The notes below the pieces were generated by a model, which was not told the origin of the DNA, did not search any database, and worked only from the letters and a program-made list of their open reading frames with translations. The position numbers were made by a program, and so were the translations under genes. This document shows positions 7,840 to 16,449 of a stretch of DNA of 34,933 bases, in pieces (position 1 is the stretch's first letter; every line of letters begins with the position of its first letter). Source of the stretch: Victivallis vadensis (GTDB lineage Bacteria > Verrucomicrobiota > Lentisphaeria > Victivallales > GWF2-50-93); contig DYRX01000005.1 in the NCBI GenBank assembly GCA_020718525.1, forward strand, positions 1 to 34,933, written 5' to 3'.

Positions 7840-9842
7840 TGGCAGAATCTCAGAAAAACAAAGCCGCGCCAATTACAGAAACGCCATTCGACTTCATAAA
7901 GATTTCGCCGAATGTCCTGCGCGTGACTTTGATGAAAAACATTGTCTGGATCATCCTCGCAGGCATACTTGGTGCGGGAATTGGCGCGGTTGCAAGCAAG
8001 CTGATGATAAAAAACAAATGGACAAGCAGATGCTCCCTGTACAAACTGCCACAGTCCGCCGAACTGCGCAAGGAAATACCTTCCCTCTACGAGCCGCCGG
8101 ATCTGAACACCGTAGTAGAGTCAATAAGGACGAGGGAAAACATACAAAAGGCCATCAAGCGCCTGGGAATGGACATATCGGTTGACGCATTCTACGGAAA
8201 GACCAAGATCCAGAAGCAGAAAAACAACAATCTCTTCACTATCGTGGCAGAGGACGAGGACAGGGAAAAATCCGCCCAGATAGCAAATGTCATGGCTGAA
8301 ATATTCCTTGAATCCTATGCGTCAATGATGCAGGGGTCTGCTAGAAAGCTCGAGGAGCAGTACATCAGCTCCGCCGGAACCATAAGGGCGGAAATGACCG
8401 ACCTCGAGAAGAAAATGCGCAAAATGCTATCTGACAAGGGTATAAACTCGATTGAAACCGAACTCGGAATGAACATACAAAAGGTCAAGGACATCGGAAT
8501 GAAGCTCCTGGAAAGCAGGGCGGCCGCCGAGACAGCCAGGATAAGGCTTCAGGATTTGGACATCGCAATTGCCAAAATGTCCCCTGATGTCCAGATTTCA
8601 TATGTTGTGACTCCGCCTGACGCAGGCCTTCTCAAACAGCTCGAGGCACAGCTCAACGAGCTCACACAGAAATTCACCGACGAAAATCCTAAAGTCAAAA
8701 GACTCCGCTCCGAAATCGAAGAGCTGAAAAAAAGAACCGTCAACCCGGGAAAGCCAAGCCCCGAGCAAGTCACATACGGAAGCAATCAGACCAGACAGAC
8801 TCTCGAAATAGAAAAGCTCAAGGTCGAGTCGGAGCTGAAGTCCTCCATGAAGAACATTGAAAGCTTCGAGCGCGAAGTGAAGGACATCAGAAAAAGCATT
8901 GACGGGATTTCATCCATGAACGAGGAATATTCGGAGCTTTCCAGGAAGCTTGATCTCAACAGGCAGACTTTGAGCAAGGTGGAGACAATGATCGCGGCAT
9001 CCGGACTCTCAGTCAAGCCTAACAGCCTGGACATCAAGATCTTCGAGCCGGCAGTTCCGCCCGCCTACCCAGACAGTTCGAAGCGGAAGCTCATAGTCAT
9101 CGCCGTCGGCGGGCTTTTCATGGGCTTGGTGGGTGCGCTGGCACTCGGCAGGGAAGTTCTGGATCTGACAGTCAAATCCGACTCCGATATGAGCGAAATT
9201 CTGCACGTCAAGAACCTGGGTGCCCTTCCCGACAGAGACGCAGTCAACATCTCGCTTTTCAACGTCTCCTTCCAGGTCGTCTTTGAAAACATGATGAACG
9301 AGCTGAAGAATGTCCAGCGCCCTGTAATTGTCGTCGGATCCGTCTCGAAGGAAGCCGGGAAGTCCCTCCTGATAAACGAGTGCATGAGGATCTTCAGGGC
9401 GAGAAACAAGACTGCCCTGATAATTTCAGACCCGAAAAACGCAGGCGCAGTTGAGAAGAACAGCATGGTCAACCACTTCGTCTATTCGAGACTTCCATTC
9501 GACGATTTCCACCCGACACTGCGGGGAGACGGAAGCCCGGGCGCGTTTTTCGAGCTGGACGAGACGACATTCTCCTACCCTATAGACGAAGAGCGCCTCG
9601 CCGCCTTCATCAAGGAGCAGAAGAGCTATGACATGATCATTTGGGAGCTCTTCGACTTCGACAGGAACAAAAGGCTTTTCTCTACGATAGCGAGACAGTC
9701 AGATCTCTTTGTTCTAGTTACGCGCTTCAGGAAAAGCAAAAAATTGGACTGCATAGCCTGCACAAAATTCTTGAAACTGCAGAACTGCCGGGACATTTCC
9801 GGAATCGTGAATTGCATCCACAGCGATTATTTCAACATTTGA
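7839..9842 (+). CDS. Wzc/GumC-like polysaccharide co-polymerase with degenerate C-terminal BY-kinase-like domain
   Basis: Two TM segments flanking a long coiled coil with FTDENPKVKRLRSEI; IFEPAVPP before TM2; LGALP; P-loop remnant GSVSKEAGKS; TGATG coupling to the upstream gene. Confidence 0.85.
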   Translation: MAESQKNKAAPITETPFDFIKISPNVLRVTLMKNIVWIILAGILGAGIGAVASKLMIKNKWTSRCSLYKLPQSAELRKEIPSLYEPPDLNTVVESIRTRENIQKAIKRLGMDISVDAFYGKTKIQKQKNNNLFTIVAEDEDREKSAQIANVMAEIFLESYASMMQGSARKLEEQYISSAGTIRAEMTDLEKKMRKMLSDKGINSIETELGMNIQKVKDIGMKLLESRAAAETARIRLQDLDIAIAKMSPDVQISYVVTPPDAGLLKQLEAQLNELTQKFTDENPKVKRLRSEIEELKKRTVNPGKPSPEQVTYGSNQTRQTLEIEKLKVESELKSSMKNIESFEREVKDIRKSIDGISSMNEEYSELSRKLDLNRQTLSKVETMIAASGLSVKPNSLDIKIFEPAVPPAYPDSSKRKLIVIAVGGLFMGLVGALALGREVLDLTVKSDSDMSEILHVKNLGALPDRDAVNISLFNVSFQVVFENMMNELKNVQRPVIVVGSVSKEAGKSLLINECMRIFRARNKTALIISDPKNAGAVEKNSMVNHFVYSRLPFDDFHPTLRGDGSPGAFFELDETTFSYPIDEERLAAFIKEQKSYDMIIWELFDFDRNKRLFSTIARQSDLFVLVTRFRKSKKLDCIACTKFLKLQNCRDISGIVNCIHSDYFNI

Positions 9843-9852
9843 CGAGGAGACT

Positions 9853-10980
9853 ATGAGCAAATCTGTTAAAAATTCTATTTTTATCTGCACTGTCTTTTTT
9901 TTCATCATTTTCCAGAACGGATGTAACGTTCCGGAGGGAGCAATAGACGCGTCCACTCTGCCTACGGAGGCTGAAGAAATCGCTGGTGGAACGCAAAACA
10001 ATGAGAAAATTAAAAAAGAGCTCGAGGAGCTACAGAAGCTCAAGACCGATGTCTACCGCTTCGCCCCGGGCGACAAATTCGATTTCAGGGTTTACGACAA
10101 CGAGGACATGACCTTCAACGGAGTGATTGTCACGCCGGATGGAAATGTCTCGATTCCCCTTGCCGGAGTTGTCCAGGTCGGCGGGCTTTCAATTGCCGAG
10201 GCACAGGCCGCCGTCGAGGAAAAACTGCGCAAATTTATACGCGACCCGCACGTATCGCTCATCCCGACTGAGATTTCTTCTTCAACATTTACAATCGTTG
10301 GAAAAGTCGGAAATCCAAACCGCTTCGCGATCACGCGGACAACACGGCTGACAGACGCGGTAGCGATGGCGAAAGGCTTTCTCACCGGACAGTACGACGG
10401 AAAAACCATAGAAATAGCAGATCTTGACAACGCCTTCATCGCAAGAAACGGAAAAGTCCTTCCAGTAAACTTCATAGAAGCCATAGAAAGAGGCAACCCT
10501 CTGCACAACATCCCCCTTGCCGACGGCGACTACATCTACATCCCGTCCTCCGTGAACGCGGAAATATTCATACTCGGCGAGGTTGTAGCCCCGACCCACA
10601 TTGGCTACCAGAACGGCATGACCGTCACAAGGGCGCTGACATATGCCAGAGGACTCCTCGAGGCTTCTTCCTCGACCATTCTTGTGATAAGAGGAAATCT
10701 TGCGACACCAAAGGTTTACGCGATTGACATACACGACGTGATGCGCGGGATGCAGAGAGACTTTGTCCTCAAGCCCAACGACATCATTTTTGCGCCCCGC
10801 GGAGCATTCTCCCAATACAACGTCGTAGTGGAAAAGCTCATGCCAACATTTGAACTTCTAAATCTGATTGCCGGACCTTTTGGAAACAACGCAATGACTC
10901 TCGCCCTTCCATCGTCTAGCGGAGACAGCGGAGGCGGTGGCGGCGGAAGCAGTGGTAACAGCAGTGGGAGCGGGAACTGA
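9853..10980 (+). CDS. wza: Wza/OPX polysaccharide export lipoprotein with SLBB domains
   Basis: Signal peptide ending QNGC; YRFAPGD, VTPDGNVSIPLAGVVQVGGLS, FIRDPHVS; SLBB repeats LADGDYIYIP and LKPNDIIFAP. Confidence 0.9.
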   Translation: MSKSVKNSIFICTVFFFIIFQNGCNVPEGAIDASTLPTEAEEIAGGTQNNEKIKKELEELQKLKTDVYRFAPGDKFDFRVYDNEDMTFNGVIVTPDGNVSIPLAGVVQVGGLSIAEAQAAVEEKLRKFIRDPHVSLIPTEISSSTFTIVGKVGNPNRFAITRTTRLTDAVAMAKGFLTGQYDGKTIEIADLDNAFIARNGKVLPVNFIEAIERGNPLHNIPLADGDYIYIPSSVNAEIFILGEVVAPTHIGYQNGMTVTRALTYARGLLEASSSTILVIRGNLATPKVYAIDIHDVMRGMQRDFVLKPNDIIFAPRGAFSQYNVVVEKLMPTFELLNLIAGPFGNNAMTLALPSSSGDSGGGGGGSSGNSSGSGN

Positions 10981-10998
10981 CAAGAGGAAAGCGGAGAG

Positions 10999-12390
10999 AT
11001 GGAGCTTAAATACATAGTTTTCGCAGTGTGCCTGCTTGGGATAGTCCCCTTCGCGTACGCTGTGGCTCTGCGCAACAAGATTGCAGAGAACATCGTCCTC
11101 TTCATCGCCATATTCTTCACATGCAGTCTCCTCGGAAAAATCAATTTTGTATCCATGGAGACATACCGGGGGACAGCGAAGGGATTTGAAATAACTCTCG
11201 TTGACATTGCCGCGCTCATTCTTTTTCTCCTGGTCCTCACCAGATCAAAAGAGCGAGCCCTGATTCTTATTCCGCCCTGCTCCATCCTATATCTGATTTA
11301 TTTCATCATCAGCTGGATTTCTGTAGTAAACGCCGAGCAGACAGTATACTCCTATTTTGAGCTCTGGAAGATGGCAAAGATGTATTTCTACTACTGGGTC
11401 ATGTCAAACTATCTGTGCTCGGAAGAAAATATAATGAAAGTCGTCAATATGATTCCGATTATAATAATTTATATCTTTCTGGTTGTGCTCGACCAGAAAT
11501 ACAGGATGCACCTTTTCCAGACAAACGGTCCACTGCCTCACCAGAATTCCCTCGTGATGTATATGATGATATTCGGCACAATCATGTTCGCCCTCCTTCT
11601 GAACGGAGACATTTCAAAATACAAGATCATGTTCCTGCTTCTGATAATGGCGATGGCTGCGGTCTGCATCGTCAGCACGCTTTCCAGAGCTGGTCTCATG
11701 TGCTTTGCGCTTTCCTGCACTATTGTCATGGGATTCTCGATGCTGAACGGACTTGATTCCAGAAAGATAGGTGTCACAATCCTGATAGTACTGGGGGCGC
11801 TTGGCATTCTTGCCAAGAGCATCAATACAATCATCGAAAGGTTCCAGACCGCTCCAGAACAGTCAGCTCAGACGCGTATAGATCTGGCTATCGCCGCCAA
11901 GAAAATGGCTGACGACAAAACATTCGGAATCGGTCTCAACAACTGGGGCATCAAGATAAATCCTCCCTATCCGTACAGCGATCACATAGAAAGAAAGGAC
12001 GATGAATTCAAGGAGGGCATTGTCGAGACGGTATATCTCCTTGTGGCGGCCGAGACTGGCTGGGCAAATCTGGTCGTCTTTCTTTTCTACATCGGAAAAT
12101 TCTATATTCTAAATCTGATAAACTATTTCAGGTTCAAGAAAAAGTCGCTGATGTTCATTTCAGCAGGACTTGCAGGCGGTCTTTTCGGCGTCTACTTCGA
12201 ATCAACTCTCGAATGGGTGCTCAAGCAGATGAACAACTATTATCAGCTCATGCTGGTATATGCAATGATATCTGCCATGACGGAACTTCACAGACGTGGA
12301 AAACTGGAACAGAGCGACGAGCAAGATGCAGAAACGCAGGAAGATGAAATCCCGCCTGCCCAAGCTGCGGAAGCATACAGCGGAGTTTGA
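10999..12390 (+). CDS. O-antigen ligase-like / Wzy polymerase membrane protein
   Basis: About 12 TM helices; GPLPHQNSL, TLSRAG, large loop with S..TR and FGIGLNNW, AAETGW. Confidence 0.85.
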   Translation: MELKYIVFAVCLLGIVPFAYAVALRNKIAENIVLFIAIFFTCSLLGKINFVSMETYRGTAKGFEITLVDIAALILFLLVLTRSKERALILIPPCSILYLIYFIISWISVVNAEQTVYSYFELWKMAKMYFYYWVMSNYLCSEENIMKVVNMIPIIIIYIFLVVLDQKYRMHLFQTNGPLPHQNSLVMYMMIFGTIMFALLLNGDISKYKIMFLLLIMAMAAVCIVSTLSRAGLMCFALSCTIVMGFSMLNGLDSRKIGVTILIVLGALGILAKSINTIIERFQTAPEQSAQTRIDLAIAAKKMADDKTFGIGLNNWGIKINPPYPYSDHIERKDDEFKEGIVETVYLLVAAETGWANLVVFLFYIGKFYILNLINYFRFKKKSLMFISAGLAGGLFGVYFESTLEWVLKQMNNYYQLMLVYAMISAMTELHRRGKLEQSDEQDAETQEDEIPPAQAAEAYSGV

Positions 12391-12392
12391 AC

Positions 12393-12569
12393 ATGAACAG
12401 ACTTGTCGGAAAAATATGCAGGATATCCGCATTTGCGACAGGCATAGGCCTCCTTCTCGCCGCATTCTTTCTGACTCTCTACAAAATCAAATGCGCGATG
12501 GGGCTGGACTTTTTCCCGGAAATCCATCTCCGGAACATCATAGAAGAGATTCTGCCGCATGGAAACTGA
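12393..12569 (+). CDS. Small single-pass membrane protein (58 aa)
   Basis: GGAG RBS 7 nt before ATG 12393; fills the gap between the wzy-like and wzx genes; TM helix followed by YKIKCAMGLDFFPEIHL. Confidence 0.62.
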   Translation: MNRLVGKICRISAFATGIGLLLAAFFLTLYKIKCAMGLDFFPEIHLRNIIEEILPHGN

Positions 12570-12596
12570 AAATAAATCTTTGAACAGGAACAACTT

Positions 12597-14168
12597 ATGA
12601 GTCTTGCATCAAAAGAGGTTCTTCGGGGTACCATCAGCAACTACATACTGCTACTATCAAGAATCATATGCTCCATCTTCATGGCTAGGATACTTGTCGT
12701 CGGTCTCGGCGAAACCCTCTACGGCTTCTGGGGCTTCCTGTGGGCTGTCTTCGGATATTCCGTGCTTCTGGATTTCGGCTTCGGACAGACGATACAGAAA
12801 TTCACAGCGGAATCTGACGTTAAGAACGACATGAAATCCTTCAACAGCCTGGTCTCAACCGTGATGCTCGTCCTCTGCGCATTTTCCGTCGTCATTGCCG
12901 CGTCTTCCCTCTGCATCGCATATTTTCTGGATCATCTCGTCGCCGCCCAGCCCGGCGAAGGCGCCCTGGACATGAACTATCTGAAGATCTCTTTCGCCGC
13001 GTTCGGAGTCGGTGTCTCAATTGTCTTTCCAACGGGCATCTTTCCTGAAATTCTGGCGGGAATCCGCAGATTCGACATCAAAAATGCCATACTTGTGGTC
13101 AATGTCCTTGCGAATCTCGCAGGATTCTATCTGCTGATAAAATTCGGATATTCCCTGCTTTCCATAGCGCTTTTCACGGCGGGTCTCAATCTTGCGACGA
13201 ACATCGTGATGATCGTGATCATATCAAGGCTTCTTCCGGGCTTCCGGATATCCCCGTTCCTTGCGAATTTCGCGAAACTGAGAGAGATTTCATCCTTCAG
13301 CGCATATTCCTATGTCTGCACGATCTCCGACATGTTCATAACAAGGACAGACAGGCTCATCATCGGATATTTTCTTGGTATGTCCTCTCTCGGAGTATAT
13401 CAGATCGGAACAAGGCTTCCTGAAATGATGGAGAAGCTCACGACGCAGTTTCAGACCACGCTCGGTCCGATAGCCGCTTCACTCTACAAGTCGGGTGATT
13501 TCGAAAAATTGAGATGGGTCCTTCTGAGAAGCACAAAGATCTCCGCCTTCGTCGCCGGATATTTCCTCGTCGTGTTTTATCTTCTCTCACCGCAAATCCT
13601 TAAAATCTGGCTGAAGATCGAAGATCCCGAAGCCGTGAAAGTCACTTCCATATGCATCGCTTCAGTTTTCATCTCTGTGCTCTTCAGAAGCGTTCAGAGC
13701 AGGTTCATGCTGATGGCTGGCGAGCACAAGCATATTGCCCAGATACAGACAGCCTACGCAATACTGACACTTGTCCTGATGATCACGTCGGTGAAGTTTT
13801 TCGGCCTGCTTGGACTGCTCTACGGAGCTCTTGCGGCAAATGTCATCATAAGCGTATTCATAGAATTCCCCCTCGCCGCACGCCTCGGTAAAATGAGCGT
13901 CGGATATTATCTACGAAAAGTATATTTTCCTCTGCTGATTCCCATAGCACTCTGCGCGGGAGCGGTTTTCGCATTTCTTCAGATTCCAGGCCCGTGGAAC
14001 TTGCTGAGACTCGGAATCGCCTCGGTCAGCGCTGGAATTGTCTATCTCGCATCTGGATGGTTTATTTTTTTCAGCAGGGATGAAAAGTTGAAACTGCTTG
14101 ATATGTCGAAGCTTGCACCAGTCGTAAGGAAACTGAAGATCGGCGGATATCTTGGTCTTGGCGTTTGA
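12597..14168 (+). CDS. wzx: Wzx-type oligosaccharide flippase (MOP superfamily)
   Basis: About 14 TM helices; LG...YGFW, LLDFGFG, TDRLIIGYFLG...LGVYQIG.RL. Confidence 0.88.
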   Translation: MSLASKEVLRGTISNYILLLSRIICSIFMARILVVGLGETLYGFWGFLWAVFGYSVLLDFGFGQTIQKFTAESDVKNDMKSFNSLVSTVMLVLCAFSVVIAASSLCIAYFLDHLVAAQPGEGALDMNYLKISFAAFGVGVSIVFPTGIFPEILAGIRRFDIKNAILVVNVLANLAGFYLLIKFGYSLLSIALFTAGLNLATNIVMIVIISRLLPGFRISPFLANFAKLREISSFSAYSYVCTISDMFITRTDRLIIGYFLGMSSLGVYQIGTRLPEMMEKLTTQFQTTLGPIAASLYKSGDFEKLRWVLLRSTKISAFVAGYFLVVFYLLSPQILKIWLKIEDPEAVKVTSICIASVFISVLFRSVQSRFMLMAGEHKHIAQIQTAYAILTLVLMITSVKFFGLLGLLYGALAANVIISVFIEFPLAARLGKMSVGYYLRKVYFPLLIPIALCAGAVFAFLQIPGPWNLLRLGIASVSAGIVYLASGWFIFFSRDEKLKLLDMSKLAPVVRKLKIGGYLGLGV

Positions 14169-14197
14169 AACAACACGTAATTCGGGGAGAATGGAAA

Positions 14198-15403
14198 ATG
14201 AAAGACCGCAAAGGTGGAAGGCTCAAGCTGGCGATAGTCACGAACCGCTTCTATCCGGAGGTCGGCGGCGCGGAGACAAACATATGGTTCCAGGCGAAGG
14301 AGCTGGCAAAAATCCACGATCTGACTGTCTTCTGCCCGAAAAGAATTGACGCCCCCTGGAAAGAAAGCATGGACGGATTCACGCTCATCAGGCTCTACGA
14401 CATTTTGAATCCGCTTTGCAGGACGCCCAATATCGCGACAAAAACACTTTCGCCCTCAATTCTCGCTAAAATCTTCTTTTCCCGCTTCGATGTCGTCATG
14501 TTTTTTCCTGCGCTCAACTACAACAACAAGCTGGCCTATTTGGCGGCTAAGCTTTCCGGCACCCCGATCATCGGCTGTTTCTTCGACTTCATTGACTATG
14601 CTGGACTGATCAAGAAAAACGGATCTGTCCCCGACGACATTCTTGAGAGGACTCATGTCAAAAGCCTCGACGCCAGGATACTTCGCGGACTCGATCATGT
14701 ATATGCGATCGCAGACAAGGAAATCGCGTTTCTTAAAAAATTCAATCCGAATGTCGAATATTCGCCAGTGCCTGTCCTGCTCGACGAATACTTGAAGGAA
14801 ACTCCGTCCTGCCGCGCAAAGTATGGCGTCTCGGAAAGCGACTTCGTATTTCTCTGCCTCGGAAGAGTCTCACAAATCAAGGGGCAGGATCTCGCGGTAA
14901 ACGCCTTCTGCTCCGCGTTCAAAGACAAACCCGACGCGAAACTCGTCGTTGTGGGAAGGCACGACTACGAGCCGTCCTTCACCGACGCGATGAAGAAAGA
15001 ATGCGCCGAAGCCGCTGTCCAGGATCGTGTGAAATTCACCGGAATGCTTGACAGGAGCGAAGTCCTGTCCTGGCTCCGCCATTCGGATGCGCACGTGATT
15101 CCTGTCCGCTTCATGAACTCCGGGGCGGTTGTTGTCGAAACCTGGGCGTCGGGAACCGCGGTCATTCAGAGCGACGTCGTGGATCCGAACCTTGTCGTGG
15201 ACGGCGAAAACGGATTCCTCTTCAAGAAAGGTGATGCAAAAGCTCTCGCGAATAAAATGCTTGAGGCATACTCTAAAAAATCAGAGCTTCCAAAAATGGC
15301 GGAAAAAGGCGCCGCCCTTGTAAAGGAGAAGTATACATACGAATATCTTATTGGCCTCTATCAGAAATCCTTCGACAGGCTACTCGCAGGAAAAACGCAT
15401 TGA
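14198..15403 (+). CDS. Glycosyltransferase family 4
   Basis: FYPEVGGAE, LGRVSQIKGQD, VKFTG, VVETWASG, VVDGENGFL; start at ATG 14198 behind GGGGAGA. Confidence 0.88.
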   Translation: MKDRKGGRLKLAIVTNRFYPEVGGAETNIWFQAKELAKIHDLTVFCPKRIDAPWKESMDGFTLIRLYDILNPLCRTPNIATKTLSPSILAKIFFSRFDVVMFFPALNYNNKLAYLAAKLSGTPIIGCFFDFIDYAGLIKKNGSVPDDILERTHVKSLDARILRGLDHVYAIADKEIAFLKKFNPNVEYSPVPVLLDEYLKETPSCRAKYGVSESDFVFLCLGRVSQIKGQDLAVNAFCSAFKDKPDAKLVVVGRHDYEPSFTDAMKKECAEAAVQDRVKFTGMLDRSEVLSWLRHSDAHVIPVRFMNSGAVVVETWASGTAVIQSDVVDPNLVVDGENGFLFKKGDAKALANKMLEAYSKKSELPKMAEKGAALVKEKYTYEYLIGLYQKSFDRLLAGKTH

Positions 15404-15413
15404 TGGAGAATAA

Positions 15414-16433
15414 ATGAACGCGATAAAAAATCTTTCCCTTCGGACTGCGCTTGCGTTTACGCTCTGCGCCTTGCTGGGCGCCTGCTCGGATTCCGGCAAG
15501 GAGCAGAAGAGCGTCCAAAGCGACGTCGTGGTCATTGCCAACAAGCTGAACGGAGAGCTGAAAGAGATCAGAAAAGAGGCGGAACTCCTGGCAAAAACCT
15601 TCGAAGGATTCTATAAAAATCAAGACGAGCTTGCGTCGAAGGCAGTCAAGTCATCCTATGCGATGGCACCTAATGGCACATATTACAAGACAGTGAACGA
15701 CGGAGAGTCGGCTCTCTGGATTTCCGGCTACACGCCGATTACTGACGAAGTCATCAAAATCGCGCATTTGACCGAGGCCGGGGACAGCCATTTCAAGGAT
15801 TTGATCTCCAGACGCCCCGCCGCAATTCAGGTCTATTACAACGACAGAAACTGCATCAACAGGATCTATCCCTGGTTCGACGTGCTTTCCCAATATCAGC
15901 CTAAGATGAAGATCCCCGAGTTCAATTTCTACTATCTTGCAGATGAGAAGCACAATCCTGAGCGAGCCGGTGTCTGGATAATGGAGCCCTACATTGATCC
16001 GGCAGGAAGAGGCTGGATCGTTTCCGCCATTGCTCCGGTCTATCATGAAAAGCGCCTTGAGGGCGTCTGCGGAATAGACATCACAGTGCAGACCCTGGCA
16101 TCGAAGTATCTTTCACAGCTTGGCGCGGTATTCGCAATTTTCACGGACTCCGGCACTCTTGTCTCGGCTGACGAAAAGGCGATGGCGATCATGCGGATGC
16201 CTCCGCTCAACTCCCCAAAATACATGGAGGCGGTGAACAAGGATCTCTACCTGATGGAAACATACAACATTAGCAAATCGAGAAGCAAGGAAACAAGAAA
16301 ACTCGGGACAGACCTGATTGAGAAGAAGCTTTCTGAAACGTTTTTCGCTTCAGGAAATGATGAATACAAGGTCAGCTCGGCGAAAATATTGGAGCTTGGA
16401 TGGCTCCTTGTCTCGTTTGAACAGCAAAAATAG
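15414..16433 (+). CDS. Standalone dCache-domain sensory lipoprotein
   Basis: Lipobox LGAC; Cache motifs VW.MEPYIDPAGRGWIVSAIAPV, LEGVCGIDIT, C-terminal LGWLLV; no second TM or output domain. Confidence 0.8.
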   Translation: MNAIKNLSLRTALAFTLCALLGACSDSGKEQKSVQSDVVVIANKLNGELKEIRKEAELLAKTFEGFYKNQDELASKAVKSSYAMAPNGTYYKTVNDGESALWISGYTPITDEVIKIAHLTEAGDSHFKDLISRRPAAIQVYYNDRNCINRIYPWFDVLSQYQPKMKIPEFNFYYLADEKHNPERAGVWIMEPYIDPAGRGWIVSAIAPVYHEKRLEGVCGIDITVQTLASKYLSQLGAVFAIFTDSGTLVSADEKAMAIMRMPPLNSPKYMEAVNKDLYLMETYNISKSRSKETRKLGTDLIEKKLSETFFASGNDEYKVSSAKILELGWLLVSFEQQK

Positions 16434-16449
16434 GCACGGCAAAAAGAAG

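Noticed and set aside
16318-16449. Track start of the 1208-aa sensor
   Set aside because: Overlaps the Cache gene by 116 bp; ATG 16450 follows the upstream stop and precedes TM1.
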